Shown piece after piece: positions 1-9,851 of a stretch of 64,000 bases of DNA. The DNA comes from Gammaproteobacteria bacterium. GTDB lineage: Bacteria > Pseudomonadota > Gammaproteobacteria > Steroidobacterales > Rariloculaceae. The stretch's first letter is position 1. Every line of letters starts with the position of its first letter. The notes below the pieces were generated by a model. The model worked only from the letters and a program-made list of their open reading frames with translations, ran no database searches and was not told where the DNA came from. The position numbers and the translations under genes are program-made. The DNA lies in assembly GCA_022826245.1 (NCBI GenBank), contig JAJDVG010000010.1:70801-134800 (forward strand). The letters run 5' to 3'.

Positions 1-1201
1 TGACGGCGAGCTTCTGGCGCTCGCTGTCGACGAGCTGCTCGCTCGTCCGGGCTTCCTGACGTGCGGTTGCGAGCCGCCGCGTCATGTCGTTGAAGGAATT
101 GACCAGAAAGCCGATCTCGTCGTGCGGCGCCGCCGGCAGGCGCGTGTCGAGGTCGCCGCGAGCGACCGCCTGCGTGCCCTGCATGAGCTGCTGGATCGGA
201 CCGATCAGGCGGCGCGCGGAATAGAACGCACCGTAAACGGAAGCAAGCAGGGCGATGAGCAGCACGAGGCTCAGCGTCAGCGTGAAACCGTACTTGAGCG
301 CCGTGCGCTGGAAGTCGAGCCCCGTAATCTGGTTGAAGCTGCCTTCGACGGAATTCGCCAGTTCGCTGAAGCGCGGCGGCACGGGAAACACGGCGCGCAG
401 GATCTGCGTTTCGCCCGTACCGAGCTGCGGATCCAGCGTGACCGCCGTCGTGATCTGGAAACTGCCGTCGGCCGTGGGCTCGAGATTGACGTACGGTTCT
501 CCGGGCCGTCCCGCCAGAACGAGATCGTCGCTCCGTTGGGGCACTCCGGCTGCGGCGAGAGTCGAATCGACCGCCGGTTGCCTGAACCGCAGCAGCATCT
601 CCTCGCTCGGCGGCGGCGGCACGGCGGCTTCGGGATCCTCCGCGCTCGTCGCGACGATCTGGTTGTTCGGACCGAAGATCGTGAGCTCCCGGGCGCCGCG
701 CTCGCGCTGCAGCCGGCCGACCTCGGTCGCGAGATCGTTGCGTCCTTCGCCCGAGTTCAGTACGCGCGCCATCGCTTCGAGCGCGGCGACGCTGTCCCGG
801 GTCTGGAGATCGAGGGCGGTCTGGCTGAGTTCTATGGCGTTGCCGAGGCCCTGCTCGACATCCACGTTGAACCACTCGTCGATGCCGCGGTTGATGAACT
901 CGACGGAGAAACTGTAGACGACCACGAGCGGCGCGATCGCAAGCACGCTGAGCAGGGTCACCACACGGGTCTCGAGGCGCGAGCCCGGAACCTGGCGCCG
1001 GTGGTCCCGTATCAGGCGAAACAGGTTCCCGGCGATGAGCGATACGAGCACGATGATCCCGACCGCGTTGATCAGGAATATCCAGTTCGTCCAGCGGGCG
1101 AAGTCGTCGGAGTTCTCCGTAACCTGGCTGAACAGCAGCAGGCCGACGATCCACAGCGCGGCCGCCGCGACCAGGAGTGTGCCGTAAAATACGTTTTTCA
1201 C
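1..1201 (-). CDS. Sensor histidine kinase, N-terminal portion (2 TM + HAMP, NtrY-like); 3' end lies beyond window start
   Basis: Not in the ORF track because it runs off the window. My minus-strand translation from GTG 1201 gives VKNVFYGTLLVAAAALWIVGLLLF...INAVGIIVLVSLIAG..., then a HAMP-like RRLIGPIQQLMQGTQAVARGDLDTRLP..HDEIGFLVNSFNDMTRRL. It shares a GTGA start/stop overlap with the upstream DUF4390-like gene. The rsmB-DUF4390-kinase order is a known arrangement. Confidence 0.7.
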   Translation of the reverse strand, partial: MKNVFYGTLLVAAAALWIVGLLLFSQVTENSDDFARWTNWIFLINAVGIIVLVSLIAGNLFRLIRDHRRQVPGSRLETRVVTLLSVLAIAPLVVVYSFSVEFINRGIDEWFNVDVEQGLGNAIELSQTALDLQTRDSVAALEAMARVLNSGEGRNDLATEVGRLQRERGARELTIFGPNNQIVATSAEDPEAAVPPPPSEEMLLRFRQPAVDSTLAAAGVPQRSDDLVLAGRPGEPYVNLEPTADGSFQITTAVTLDPQLGTGETQILRAVFPVPPRFSELANSVEGSFNQITGLDFQRTALKYGFTLTLSLVLLIALLASVYGAFYSARRLIGPIQQLMQGTQAVARGDLDTRLPAAPHDEIGFLVNSFNDMTRRLATARQEARTSEQLVDSERQKLAV

Positions 1202-1869
1202 TCTTCTTCCAGGTTCCATCTGAACCACTCGCTGCCGAGCGACCAGTCGCGCCGCCAGAAGGCCAGCAGGCGCAACGGGCCCGGCAATTGCTCGGTGTCG
1301 AGCAGGACGCGCAAGCGCACGTCGTAGACGCGCTCGGGATCGAGCAGCGCGGTGTCGATCACGGGAAGCCGGTCGATCCGGCCAAGGGAATTGAGCGCGG
1401 CAAACAGCGTCGCGTAAGTATCGAGCGTACCGCTGTTGACGTTGCGTACGGTGTAGCGTTCGAGCAGCGGATGGTATTGGAGCTCGTAGAGCTGGGTCAG
1501 GGAGGCGTTCTCGCGGTCGAGCAGCCAGCGCCTCACATGGATGATCTCGACCTCCACGCGAACGCTGAGCGGCACACCCGACTCGAGCGCTTCGCGCGCT
1601 TCGGCGGAAAGCCGGAGTTCGAGCCGTGCATCGAGGAACCAGACGTTCATGCCGGGGTCGAGCCCGGCACTCGCCGAGCGCACCTCGAAGCGGCCCGGGT
1701 CGTCCTGAGCGTTGGCGGCGGAGCCTGCAACCAGGACGAGAGCGACACATACCGCGGCGAGCCGGCTCAATCGAGCGGGCGGTCCTCTGCCCTGATCACT
1801 GTTTCGGGGATGATGCACGCGAACCTTGCCGAGCTTCGTGCTTCTCAAGGCAAGCATAATAGAAGCCAT
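1198..1869 (-). CDS. Exported protein, DUF4390-like
   Basis: ORF track 1198..1869. It has a hydrophobic signal-like segment LAAVCVALVLVAGSAANA. It sits between rsmB and a HAMP kinase, where DUF4390 proteins usually occur. ATG 1869 has GGAGG about 9 nt upstream but overlaps the rsmB 3' end by 74 nt; TTG 1770 is an alternative start. Confidence 0.6.
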   Translation of the reverse strand: MASIMLALRSTKLGKVRVHHPRNSDQGRGPPARLSRLAAVCVALVLVAGSAANAQDDPGRFEVRSASAGLDPGMNVWFLDARLELRLSAEAREALESGVPLSVRVEVEIIHVRRWLLDRENASLTQLYELQYHPLLERYTVRNVNSGTLDTYATLFAALNSLGRIDRLPVIDTALLDPERVYDVRLRVLLDTEQLPGPLRLLAFWRRDWSLGSEWFRWNLEEE

Positions 1870-3130
1870 CCATGTTCGCCTCCCCGGGGAAGAGCTGGCG
1901 GTGTCCGCCGAGGAGCGAGGCGTCGGCCCTGTCGGTCAGGAACCGCTCGATCTGCCCGTGATTCTCCCGTTTGAGCACAGTGCAGGTCGCGTAGAGCAGA
2001 CGGCCGCCCGGCGCGAGCAATGGCCAGAGCCGCTCGAGCAGCCGCGTCTGCAAGGCCGCCACTGCATCGAGATCGCTCTCACGCCGCAATACCTTGATAT
2101 CGGGGTGGCGCCTGACGACGCCGATGGCGCTGCAGGGGGCGTCGACGAGAATTCGCTCGAACGGGCGGCCGTCCCACCAGGCTTCGGTGTCCGCCGCATC
2201 GCCGTCGATCAACGTCGCGGCGAGCCCGAGCCGCGCGAGATTGTCCGCGGCGAGCTTGAGTCTGTCCGGGTCGCGGTCGAGCGCCACCGCCTCGGCCAGG
2301 CGCGGACAGGCTTCGAGCACGTGCGCCGTCTTGCCGCCGGGCGCCGCGCAGGCGTCGAGGACGCGCTGTCCGGGTCGCGGGTCGAGGTAAGCGGCCGCAA
2401 GTTGCGCCGCGGCATCCTGCACGGAGACGAGCCCGTCGGCGTAACCCGGCAGGCTCGCCGCCGGCGCCGGTTCCTCGAGCAGCAGCGCTGACGGTACGTC
2501 GTCCCGGCGTTCCGCCGAGAGGCCCGCACGAGCCAGCGTCGCCGCGTAGTCGTCAATGTCGACACGGCGCGTATTGACGCGCAGCCACATCGGCGGTTGC
2601 CGGTTGTTGGCCTCGAGAATGCCCTCCCTGCGCGTCGTCCAGTCGGCCTCGATCGCGTCGATGAGCCAGCGTGGGTGGCTCCAGCGCGCCTCCGGTACTT
2701 CGGCCATTGCCGCATCGAGCCGCCCTTCCTCACGCCTGAAACGCCTGAGCACGGCGTTGACGAGGCCGCGGGCGCGGCCGGCGCCGATGAGCGCCGCCGC
2801 GTCCACCGTTGCGGAGACCGCCGCGTGGTCGGGAATCCTGAGCCACTGCAACTGAAAGAGTCCGAGCCGGATCAGCGCGGCGAGCTCGGCATCCTTGCGG
2901 CCACGGCCGAGCCGCCGGGTCACGAGCCGGTCGAGCTGCCACGCGAGACGGTGGTGCCAGCGGATCGAACCGTAGAGCAGCGCCCGGAGCAGCGGCAGGT
3001 CCCGATCGGCCACGCCGGCAGGCTCGGCCAGCACGGCGTCGAGCGTCTTTCCGTCGCGTACTATCGCGGCATTGAGCTTCGCCGCCACGCCCCGAACGCG
3101 GGCGCCGGCAGCGCCGCGCTCAGCAGACAA
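1796..3130 (-). CDS. rsmB: 16S rRNA (cytosine967-C5)-methyltransferase RsmB
   Basis: Track ORF 1796..3301 trimmed to TTG 3130 (GGAGG 8-9 nt upstream, overlaps the fmt stop). It aligns with E. coli RsmB: PPMWLRVN, VSVQDAAAQL, LDACAAPGGKT, DAPCSAIGVVRRHPDIK, GGRLLYATCT. Confidence 0.88.
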   Translation of the reverse strand: MSAERGAAGARVRGVAAKLNAAIVRDGKTLDAVLAEPAGVADRDLPLLRALLYGSIRWHHRLAWQLDRLVTRRLGRGRKDAELAALIRLGLFQLQWLRIPDHAAVSATVDAAALIGAGRARGLVNAVLRRFRREEGRLDAAMAEVPEARWSHPRWLIDAIEADWTTRREGILEANNRQPPMWLRVNTRRVDIDDYAATLARAGLSAERRDDVPSALLLEEPAPAASLPGYADGLVSVQDAAAQLAAAYLDPRPGQRVLDACAAPGGKTAHVLEACPRLAEAVALDRDPDRLKLAADNLARLGLAATLIDGDAADTEAWWDGRPFERILVDAPCSAIGVVRRHPDIKVLRRESDLDAVAALQTRLLERLWPLLAPGGRLLYATCTVLKRENHGQIERFLTDRADASLLGGHRQLFPGEANMDGFYYACLEKHEARQGSRASSPKQ

Positions 3131-4076
3131 ACGAGACCCCCTCCAGACGGTGAGCCGCAAGCCATGCGCCCGCGTCCATCGCGGCTGCCGACGGCGCCTG
3201 TACACGTTCGATTCGCAGCAGCCCGTCGCCGGTTGCGACGTCGATACCCTGCGCTCCTGCCGCAAGGATGGTGCCGGGCGGCGCGCCGGCCTCGGCGTCA
3301 ATTGCCGCGGCCTGCCAGATCCTGAGCCGCCGTCCGTCGGTCAAGCCCGCTTCGGCGACGGGCCAGGGATTGAACGCCCGCACGCGCCGTTCGAGCGCGG
3401 CCGCGTTCATGTTGAGATCGAGGCGGGCGTCGGCCTTGGCGATCCTGCCGGCCCAGGTCGCCGACGCGTCATCCTGAGGTCTTGGGGCAAGGCTGCCCGC
3501 GAGAATGCCGGGCAGCACTTCAACGAGGAGCTCCGCGCCGAGTTCCGCCAGGATGTCGTGCAGCCGGCCCGCCGTCATGCCGGGATCGATACCGACCGGG
3601 CGGGCAGCGTAGACCGGCCCCGTGTCGAGCCCCGCTTCCATCCGCATGATGCTCACCCCGGTCTCGGCCTCGCCGGCGAGGATCGCGTGCTGGATGGGCG
3701 CGGCGCCGCGCCAGCGCGGCAGCAGCGAGGCGTGCACGTTGACGCAAGCGCAGCGCGGCCAGTCGAGCAGCCACTGCGGCAGCAGCAAGCCGTAAGCGGC
3801 GACGACGAGCACGTCGGGGGCAGCGGGCCAGCTTGCGGCGAGTTCGGGAGTGCGGAGCGTGGCGGGCTGCGCGACGCTGAGCCCCAGCCGTTCGGCCGCG
3901 TGCTTGACCGGAGAAGCGGTGAGCTTGCGGCCGCGGCCGGAGCGCCGGTCCGGTTGCGTCAACACCAGCTCGATGCTCGCCCCCGATGCCGCGAGCCGCT
4001 CGAGCGCCGGCACGGCGAACTCGGGCGTGCCGGCGAATGCGATGCGCGCCGGGTCACTCAATGTGTGGGCCGGCAC
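3120..4076 (-). CDS. fmt: Methionyl-tRNA formyltransferase
   Basis: Track ORF of 318 aa with IAFAGTPEFAVP at the N-terminus and a HASLLPRWRGAAPIQ motif. The def-fmt-rsmB order is conserved. Confidence 0.95.
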   Translation of the reverse strand: MPAHTLSDPARIAFAGTPEFAVPALERLAASGASIELVLTQPDRRSGRGRKLTASPVKHAAERLGLSVAQPATLRTPELAASWPAAPDVLVVAAYGLLLPQWLLDWPRCACVNVHASLLPRWRGAAPIQHAILAGEAETGVSIMRMEAGLDTGPVYAARPVGIDPGMTAGRLHDILAELGAELLVEVLPGILAGSLAPRPQDDASATWAGRIAKADARLDLNMNAAALERRVRAFNPWPVAEAGLTDGRRLRIWQAAAIDAEAGAPPGTILAAGAQGIDVATGDGLLRIERVQAPSAAAMDAGAWLAAHRLEGVSFVC

Positions 4077-4082
4077 CGTCGT

Positions 4083-4631
4083 TCAGATCAACCGTGCGGA
4101 AATCGCCTGCCGCGGCCGGTCCGCCTCGCTCGTACTGCGCCGCGATTTCTTGAGCGCCTTCTTCTTCAGCCGTTGGCGCTTGAGTTCGGAGAGGTAGTCG
4201 ACGAAGAGCTTCCCGTCGAGATGATCGATCTCGTGCTGGACGCAGACCGCGAGCAGGTCCTCGGCCTCGAGCTCGGCGGGCTCACCGTCAAGGTCGAGAT
4301 ACGTGGCCCTGATCCGCTCGGCCCGCTCGACGTAGTCGAAGACGTCCGGAACGGACAGGCAGCCTTCTTCGGAACTCACCGTTCCCTCCGCGAAGACGAT
4401 TTCGGGGTTGATCAGGACGTGCGGCTCGTTGCGTGCCTCGGAGATGTCGATCACGAGAATGCGCTTGCGGACGTTGACCTGGGTCGCGGCCAGGCCGATC
4501 CCCGCGGCGGCGTACATGGTCTCGAGCATGTCGGCTGCCAGCGTGCGGACTTCCGAATCGACTTCCCCGACCGGCTCGGCCCTGAGGCGCAGCCGCTTGT
4601 CGGGATATTCGAGGATTGCGAGTCGTGCCAT
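4083..4631 (-). CDS. def: Peptide deformylase
   Basis: Last 182 codons of track ORF 4083..5999, starting at ATG 4631: [15 protein letters not shown]. The [16 protein letters not shown] and QHEIDHL metal-site motifs are present. Confidence 0.95.
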   Translation of the reverse strand: MARLAILEYPDKRLRLRAEPVGEVDSEVRTLAADMLETMYAAAGIGLAATQVNVRKRILVIDISEARNEPHVLINPEIVFAEGTVSSEEGCLSVPDVFDYVERAERIRATYLDLDGEPAELEAEDLLAVCVQHEIDHLDGKLFVDYLSELKRQRLKKKALKKSRRSTSEADRPRQAISARLI

Positions 4632-4889
4632 GGTCCTGAAAGCGGGTCGCGGTGCGGGCCGCGGCGGAGAATATCGGCGCAGTATAGCAGCAGGGCCAAG
4701 TGCCGGATTCGCTGGAAACTTCGCCATTTTGCGGCATTTCGCCAGGAAAGCGCGATTGCCGGACGTCCCCGTCGGCACGATGATCGGAATCCCCGATTTC
4801 CATGGGATGAGCCATGCACTCGTCACCGAGGCGACGCGCACGCCAGGCGTTTCGCCCCATGCCGCGCGACTGTCGCCACGGGCTGCTCG

Positions 4890-6002
4890 ATGGCGGCTGA
4901 GGCATGGCTGATCGTCCTGCAGACCCAGCCGTCGGCGCCGGCCGCGTGGCGCAAGGCGCTGCGCAAGGCGGGCTCCGCCGAAGCGCTGCTTGCAACGCCC
5001 GTCCGCGAACTCGTCGGCCGGGGCATACCGCCGGATGCGGCCGCCCGGCTGCGCTCCCCCGATCGGGACGCGCTCGCGCGCTGGCATCGCTGGCTCGACG
5101 AGCCCGGCCACGCTCTGATCACGCTCGACGATTCCGCTTATCCCGCGCAACTGCGCGAGATTCCCGACGCACCGCTCGCGCTGTGGGTCGCGGGCGCAAA
5201 CACGGCGCTGCTGGCCGGGCCGCAGCTTGCGATCGTCGGCAGCCGCAATCCGACATCGGGCGGGCGGGCCAATGCCGCGTACTTCGCCGAGTATCTCAGT
5301 GGCCGCGGCCTGACGATCACGAGCGGACTCGCGACGGGCATCGACAGCGCCGGCCACCGCGGCGCGATCGACGGCGCCGGCGGCACGATCGCGGTGCTCG
5401 GTTGCGGCATCGACAGCGTGTATCCGCGCCGCAACGGCAAACTCGCGGCGCAGATTACGGAGTCCGGGCTGATCGTCTCCGAGTACCCGCCCGGCACACC
5501 GGTGCGCGCTTTCCAGTTCCCGCAACGCAATCGAATCATCGCAGGCCTGTCGCTCGGCACGCTCGTCGTGGAGGCAACGCGGCGCAGCGGTTCGCTGATC
5601 ACCGCGCGCCTTGCCGCGGACTATGGCCGCGAGGTGTTCGCGATCCCGGGCTCCATACACAATCCGCTGGCGAAAGGCTGCCACAAGCTGATCCGCAACG
5701 GGGCCAGCATCGTCGAGGAAGGCGACGACGTACTCGCGGAACTCGCACCGCAGCTCGCTTCCGCCGACCCCGACCGACCGGTCAAATCGCCGGCCCGCGA
5801 GAACCCGCTGGTCGACGATCCGGCCTACGCGAAGCTGCTGGATCTGCTCGGTTTCGAACCCATGCGGGCCGCGGACCTGCTCGAGGCGGCCGGATTGACG
5901 GCAGCAGAGCTTTCCTCCATGCTCCTGCTGCTGGAAATGGGCGGGGTCGTCGAAGCGTTGCCTGGCGCCCGTTACTGCCGCCTGGTGAAAAAAAGCCAAT
6001 GA
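4890..6002 (+). CDS. dprA: DNA-processing protein DprA (Smf)
   Basis: Track ORF 3072..6002 trimmed to ATG 4890. Core motifs are [27 protein letters not shown] and [13 protein letters not shown]. It shares an ATGA overlap with smg and is divergent from def. Confidence 0.9.
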   Translation: MAAEAWLIVLQTQPSAPAAWRKALRKAGSAEALLATPVRELVGRGIPPDAAARLRSPDRDALARWHRWLDEPGHALITLDDSAYPAQLREIPDAPLALWVAGANTALLAGPQLAIVGSRNPTSGGRANAAYFAEYLSGRGLTITSGLATGIDSAGHRGAIDGAGGTIAVLGCGIDSVYPRRNGKLAAQITESGLIVSEYPPGTPVRAFQFPQRNRIIAGLSLGTLVVEATRRSGSLITARLAADYGREVFAIPGSIHNPLAKGCHKLIRNGASIVEEGDDVLAELAPQLASADPDRPVKSPARENPLVDDPAYAKLLDLLGFEPMRAADLLEAAGLTAAELSSMLLLLEMGGVVEALPGARYCRLVKKSQ

Positions 6003-6472
6003 AGGAAACAGTACTCGACGTGCTCATGTACCTGTTCGAGACATTCGTCGACAGCGAACTTGAGCCCGAACCGGATCGCAATGAGCTCAGGGACGAACTC
6101 GAACACGCAGGCTTCGGCGCCCGCGAGATCGACCGGGCGCTCGACTGGCTCGACGAACTGAACTCGGTCGAAGTCGCCCCGAGCGATGCGCCGCAAACGG
6201 CAGCGGTCCGCGTCTACGACCGCTACGAGCAGTCCAGGCTCGACCCGCCGTCGCGCGGCTACCTGCTCCACCTGGAACAGATCGGGATTCTCGCGCCGCC
6301 GCACCGCGAACTTGCGATCGACCGGCTGCTTGCGCTCGACACCGTGGAAATCGATATCGAGCACATCAAGTGGGTCGTCATGATGGTCCTGTTCAGCCAA
6401 CCCGGCCACGAGCAGGCGTACGCCCGGATGGAGGATCTCGTGTTCGCCGACGATCCGGCCTGGGTGCACTAG
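5999..6472 (+). CDS. smg: Smg protein (DUF494)
   Basis: ATG 5999 inside track ORF 4904..6472 gives 157 aa: [16 protein letters not shown]...[10 protein letters not shown]. The dprA-smg-topA order is conserved. Confidence 0.85.
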   Translation: MKETVLDVLMYLFETFVDSELEPEPDRNELRDELEHAGFGAREIDRALDWLDELNSVEVAPSDAPQTAAVRVYDRYEQSRLDPPSRGYLLHLEQIGILAPPHRELAIDRLLALDTVEIDIEHIKWVVMMVLFSQPGHEQAYARMEDLVFADDPAWVH

Positions 6473-6597
6473 GGCCTGCCGTTCCGAGATCATGCGGTCG
6501 GCGCGGATCGGTACTGCAGCGCCCGTCCGGGCACCGGCGTGATGCCGCTCAGGCACGGGACCTGCCGATCGATCCACACCGACTTTCGAATCCAGCC

Positions 6598-9015
6598 GTG
6601 AGCAAGAATCTGGTCATTGTCGAATCGCCCGCCAAGGCGCGGACGATCGAGAAGTATCTGGGCAGGGACTTCGAGGTCCTCGCATCCTACGGGCACGTCC
6701 GCGATCTCGTGCCGAAGGACGGCGCCGTCGACCCCGAACACGGCTTCGCCATGAAGTACCGGCTCATCGACAAGAACAAAAAGCACGTCGAGCGGATCGC
6801 GCGAGCCGTCAGGAAGGCCGACGCCGTCTACCTCGCGACCGACCCCGATCGTGAAGGCGAAGCGATTTCCTGGCACATCCACGAGGTTCTCAAGGAACGC
6901 AAGCTCCTCGATTCGAAGCCCGTCAACCGGGTCGTGTTCCACGAGGTCACGAAACGCGCGATCCAGGAGGCGATCGAGTCGCCGCGACAGCTTTCCGCAC
7001 AACTCGTCAACGCCCAGCAAGCCCGCCGGGCGCTCGACTATCTCGTCGGCTTCAATCTCTCGCCGCTGCTCTGGAAGAAGGTGCGCCGCGGGCTGTCGGC
7101 CGGCCGCGTACAGAGTCCGGCGCTCAGGCTCATCGTCGAGCGCGAGGACGAGATCAACGCCTTCGTGGCGCGGGAGTACTGGACGATCGAAGCCATCGTC
7201 GGGCACAGGGCGCAGGAATTCACCGCCCGCCTGTCCCTGTTCCAAGGCGACAAGGTCGAACAGTTCACGTTCACCGACGAAGACAGCGTCCGCGAGGCCG
7301 AACTGGTCATCGCCGAGACCGCGGCGCCGCCCGGCGAACGCCTCGCCGCCGATGCGCGCGGCGTCCTGACCTGCACGAAGGTCGACAAGAAGCAGCGGCG
7401 GCGGAATCCCCAGCCGCCCTTCATAACCTCGACGCTGCAGCAGGATGCTTCACGCAAGCTCGGCTTCAGCGCGCAAAAAACGATGTCGGTCGCACAACGC
7501 CTTTACGAAGGCGTCGACACCGGCGACGGCTCGATCGGCCTGATCACCTACATGCGAACGGACTCGGTCACGCTCGCCGCAGACGCCGTGAACGAGCTTC
7601 GCAGCGTCATCGCCGAGCGCTACGGCGCGGAGAGCGTCCCCGACCGGCCACGCCAGTACCGTACCCAGGCGCGCAATGCCCAGGAAGCGCACGAAGCCAT
7701 CCGGCCAACCTCGGCGGCCCGCACTCCGGATTCCGTCAGGCCGTATCTGGACAGGGACCAGTACAGGCTCTACGAGCTGATCTGGAAACGCACCATTGCC
7801 TGCCAGATGATCCCGGCGGTCTTCAACACCGTGGGCCTCGATCTCGCCGCGGGGCCGTCGCCGACGCGTACGGCCGTGTTTCGCGCGACCGGGTCGGTGC
7901 TCGTCAATCCGGGCTATCTCGCCGTCTATCGGGAGGGTTCCGACGACAAGGCGCAGGACGACCGGGACAGGATTCTGCCGCCTGTCGCAGAGGGCGAGAC
8001 GCTGCTCCTCAAGGACATCGCGAGCGAGCAGCACTTCACCGAACCGCCGCCGCGCTACTCCGAGGCGACGCTCGTCAAGGCGCTCGAAGAGTTCGGCATC
8101 GGGCGCCCGTCGACCTACGCGTCGATCATTTCAACGCTGCGCAACCGGGAATACGTGGAGATGGACCGCAAGCGATTCGTGCCGACCGATGTCGGCCGCC
8201 TCGTCAACCGTTTCCTCACCGAATTCTTCGCACAGTACGTCGACTACCAGTTCACCGCGAAGATGGAAGACTCGCTCGATGCGGTGTCGCGCGGCGAAAC
8301 CGACTGGGTCCCGTTACTCGACCGGTTCTGGCGGCCGTTCCACGAACTGGTCGAGAAGACGGAGAGTTCGGTGACGCGCGATCAGGTCTCGCCGGCCCGG
8401 GTTCTCGGCGAGGATCCGGGGACCGGCCGCGAAGTCAGCGTGCGCATGGGACGCTACGGCCCCTTCGTACAGCTCGGCACACGCGACGACCCCGAAAAAC
8501 CCCTGTTCGCGAGCCTCAGGCCCGACCAGAAGATGGACGGGATCACTTTCGAGACCGCGCTCGAGCTCATCAAACAGACGCAGTCCGGGCCGCTCGGCGT
8601 CGATCCGGCGAGCGGCCGCGAAGTCAGCGTTCGCGTGGGACGCTACGGCCCCTTCGTCCAGCTCGGCACCCGCGACGACCCCGAAAAACCCCTGTTCGCG
8701 AGCCTCAAGCCCGATCAGGAGATGAACGAGATCACGCTCGAGATTGCGCTCGAGCTGATCGAAGAGAAGCGTCGCGCCGACGCGAGCCGCGTCATACAGG
8801 ATTTCGGCGCAGCCGGCATCCAGGTACTCAAGGGCCGTTACGGCCCCTATGTCACGGACAAGACGAAAAACGCGCGCGTCCCGAAGGAAAGCGACCCGAG
8901 CGAGTTGTCGCTGGAGGAATGCCGGGCGTTGCTGGCGGCGGCCCCGGCGCGCGGCGCGCGCAGGAAGCCGGCGGCGCGCAAGAGAACGTCAAACAAGTCG
9001 CGGCGCGGCAAATGA
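6598..9015 (+). CDS. topA: DNA topoisomerase I
   Basis: Track ORF 6370..9015 trimmed to GTG 6598. The Toprim N-terminus reads VSKNLVIVESPAKARTIEKYLG. The active-site region is LITYMRTDS. The C-terminal domain is built of GRYGP(F/Y)V repeats with no zinc-finger cysteines. Confidence 0.95.
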   Translation: MSKNLVIVESPAKARTIEKYLGRDFEVLASYGHVRDLVPKDGAVDPEHGFAMKYRLIDKNKKHVERIARAVRKADAVYLATDPDREGEAISWHIHEVLKERKLLDSKPVNRVVFHEVTKRAIQEAIESPRQLSAQLVNAQQARRALDYLVGFNLSPLLWKKVRRGLSAGRVQSPALRLIVEREDEINAFVAREYWTIEAIVGHRAQEFTARLSLFQGDKVEQFTFTDEDSVREAELVIAETAAPPGERLAADARGVLTCTKVDKKQRRRNPQPPFITSTLQQDASRKLGFSAQKTMSVAQRLYEGVDTGDGSIGLITYMRTDSVTLAADAVNELRSVIAERYGAESVPDRPRQYRTQARNAQEAHEAIRPTSAARTPDSVRPYLDRDQYRLYELIWKRTIACQMIPAVFNTVGLDLAAGPSPTRTAVFRATGSVLVNPGYLAVYREGSDDKAQDDRDRILPPVAEGETLLLKDIASEQHFTEPPPRYSEATLVKALEEFGIGRPSTYASIISTLRNREYVEMDRKRFVPTDVGRLVNRFLTEFFAQYVDYQFTAKMEDSLDAVSRGETDWVPLLDRFWRPFHELVEKTESSVTRDQVSPARVLGEDPGTGREVSVRMGRYGPFVQLGTRDDPEKPLFASLRPDQKMDGITFETALELIKQTQSGPLGVDPASGREVSVRVGRYGPFVQLGTRDDPEKPLFASLKPDQEMNEITLEIALELIEEKRRADASRVIQDFGAAGIQVLKGRYGPYVTDKTKNARVPKESDPSELSLEECRALLAAAPARGARRKPAARKRTSNKSRRGK
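8425..8760 (+). repeat. Two near-identical 147-nt tandem repeat units inside topA (8425-8571, 8614-8760; period 189 nt)
   Basis: By direct comparison I counted about 10 mismatches in the first ~120 nt. Both units encode GREVSVR(M/V)GRYGPFVQLGTRDDPEKPLFASL(R/K)PDQ. Confidence 0.9.
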
Positions 9016-9045
9016 ACCGCAACATGCGACCAGCGCACTGAACCC

Positions 9046-9603
9046 GTGACGTCGAGATTCCACATCGACCGTGCCGCACGCGCGGCGCTGGCCGGCGGCA
9101 TCGTCGCCTACCCCACGGAAGCCGTATACGGGCTCGGCTGCCTGCCCTTCGACCACGACGCCGTCAGCCGCCTCATCGCGCTCAAGCGTCGCTCGGCACG
9201 CAAGGGCTTTCTGCTGATAGCGGCCGAGTTCGAGCAGCTCGAGTACATCGTCAGCCTGCCGCGCGGAGCGCTGCGCGAGGAAATCCTCGCGAGCTGGCCC
9301 GGCCCCGTCACCTGGGCGCTGCCGGCCCGCTCCCCCATGCCGGACTGGCTCACGGGCGGCAGGGACACGGTCGCCGTCCGCATCACGAGTCACCCTCTGG
9401 CAAGCGCGCTATGCCGACGCACGGGCCATGCGCTCGTCTCGACGAGCGCGAACCTGAGCGGGCGAGAACCGATCAGGAGCGCGCTGCGCCTGCGTCGCGA
9501 GCTCGGGGCGTTCGTCGACTGCATCCTCCCGGGCGCGCTCGGCGACCTGTCCAGACCGACCGCCATCCGCGACGGACGCACGGGCGCGAGCCTTAGGGCA
9601 TAG
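9046..9603 (+). CDS. tsaC: L-threonylcarbamoyladenylate synthase TsaC (YrdC family)
   Basis: Track ORF of 185 aa with AYPTEAVYGLGC and VSTSANLSG motifs. It follows topA as in other Gammaproteobacteria. Confidence 0.9.
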   Translation: MTSRFHIDRAARAALAGGIVAYPTEAVYGLGCLPFDHDAVSRLIALKRRSARKGFLLIAAEFEQLEYIVSLPRGALREEILASWPGPVTWALPARSPMPDWLTGGRDTVAVRITSHPLASALCRRTGHALVSTSANLSGREPIRSALRLRRELGAFVDCILPGALGDLSRPTAIRDGRTGASLRA

Positions 9604-9668
9604 AACGCGCGTTTTCGCTACATTCGATCGCTACCGCAGGACCGGAGACTGCCGCGCGGCGCAAGGCC

Positions 9669-9731
9669 GTGGACCGCGACATCAGCCTGCTGCTTTACCT
9701 CAACGACGAATACGAAGGCGGCGAGCTGCTT
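9669..9731 (+). pseudogene. Short relic of a 2OG-Fe(II) oxygenase (PiuC/YbiX- or P4H-like) gene
   Basis: Translation gives (R)KAVDRDISLLLYLNDEYEGGELL. This mirrors E. coli YbiX [22 protein letters not shown] and TFLIYLNDDYDLGETEF of the gene at 10545. High GC3 is kept only over these ~20 codons, and no start or remaining domain is present. Confidence 0.3.
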
Positions 9732-9755
9732 CGTGGTCGAAGCCGTGCGAGTCGT

Positions 9756-9761
9756 TATAAT
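9756..9761 (+). promoter_or_regulatory. Candidate -10 box (TATAAT) for the 9852 gene
   Basis: A perfect TATAAT lies in an otherwise GC-rich intergenic stretch, 91 nt upstream of ATG 9852. No convincing -35 element is present. Confidence 0.3.
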
Positions 9762-9851
9762 CGCCGGACGTCGGCACGCCCGTTCGACTGGCCGGGTTTC
9801 ACGGCGGCAGTTCGCGATCCGGCCGGACCGGCGCACGGTGTCCGGAGGCAG

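Noticed and set aside
122-1327. 401-aa plus-strand ORF at the window start
   Set aside because: Its translation is Arg/Glu/Asp-rich and low-complexity. It lies antisense to a convincing HAMP sensor-kinase frame, so it is a typical high-GC shadow ORF.
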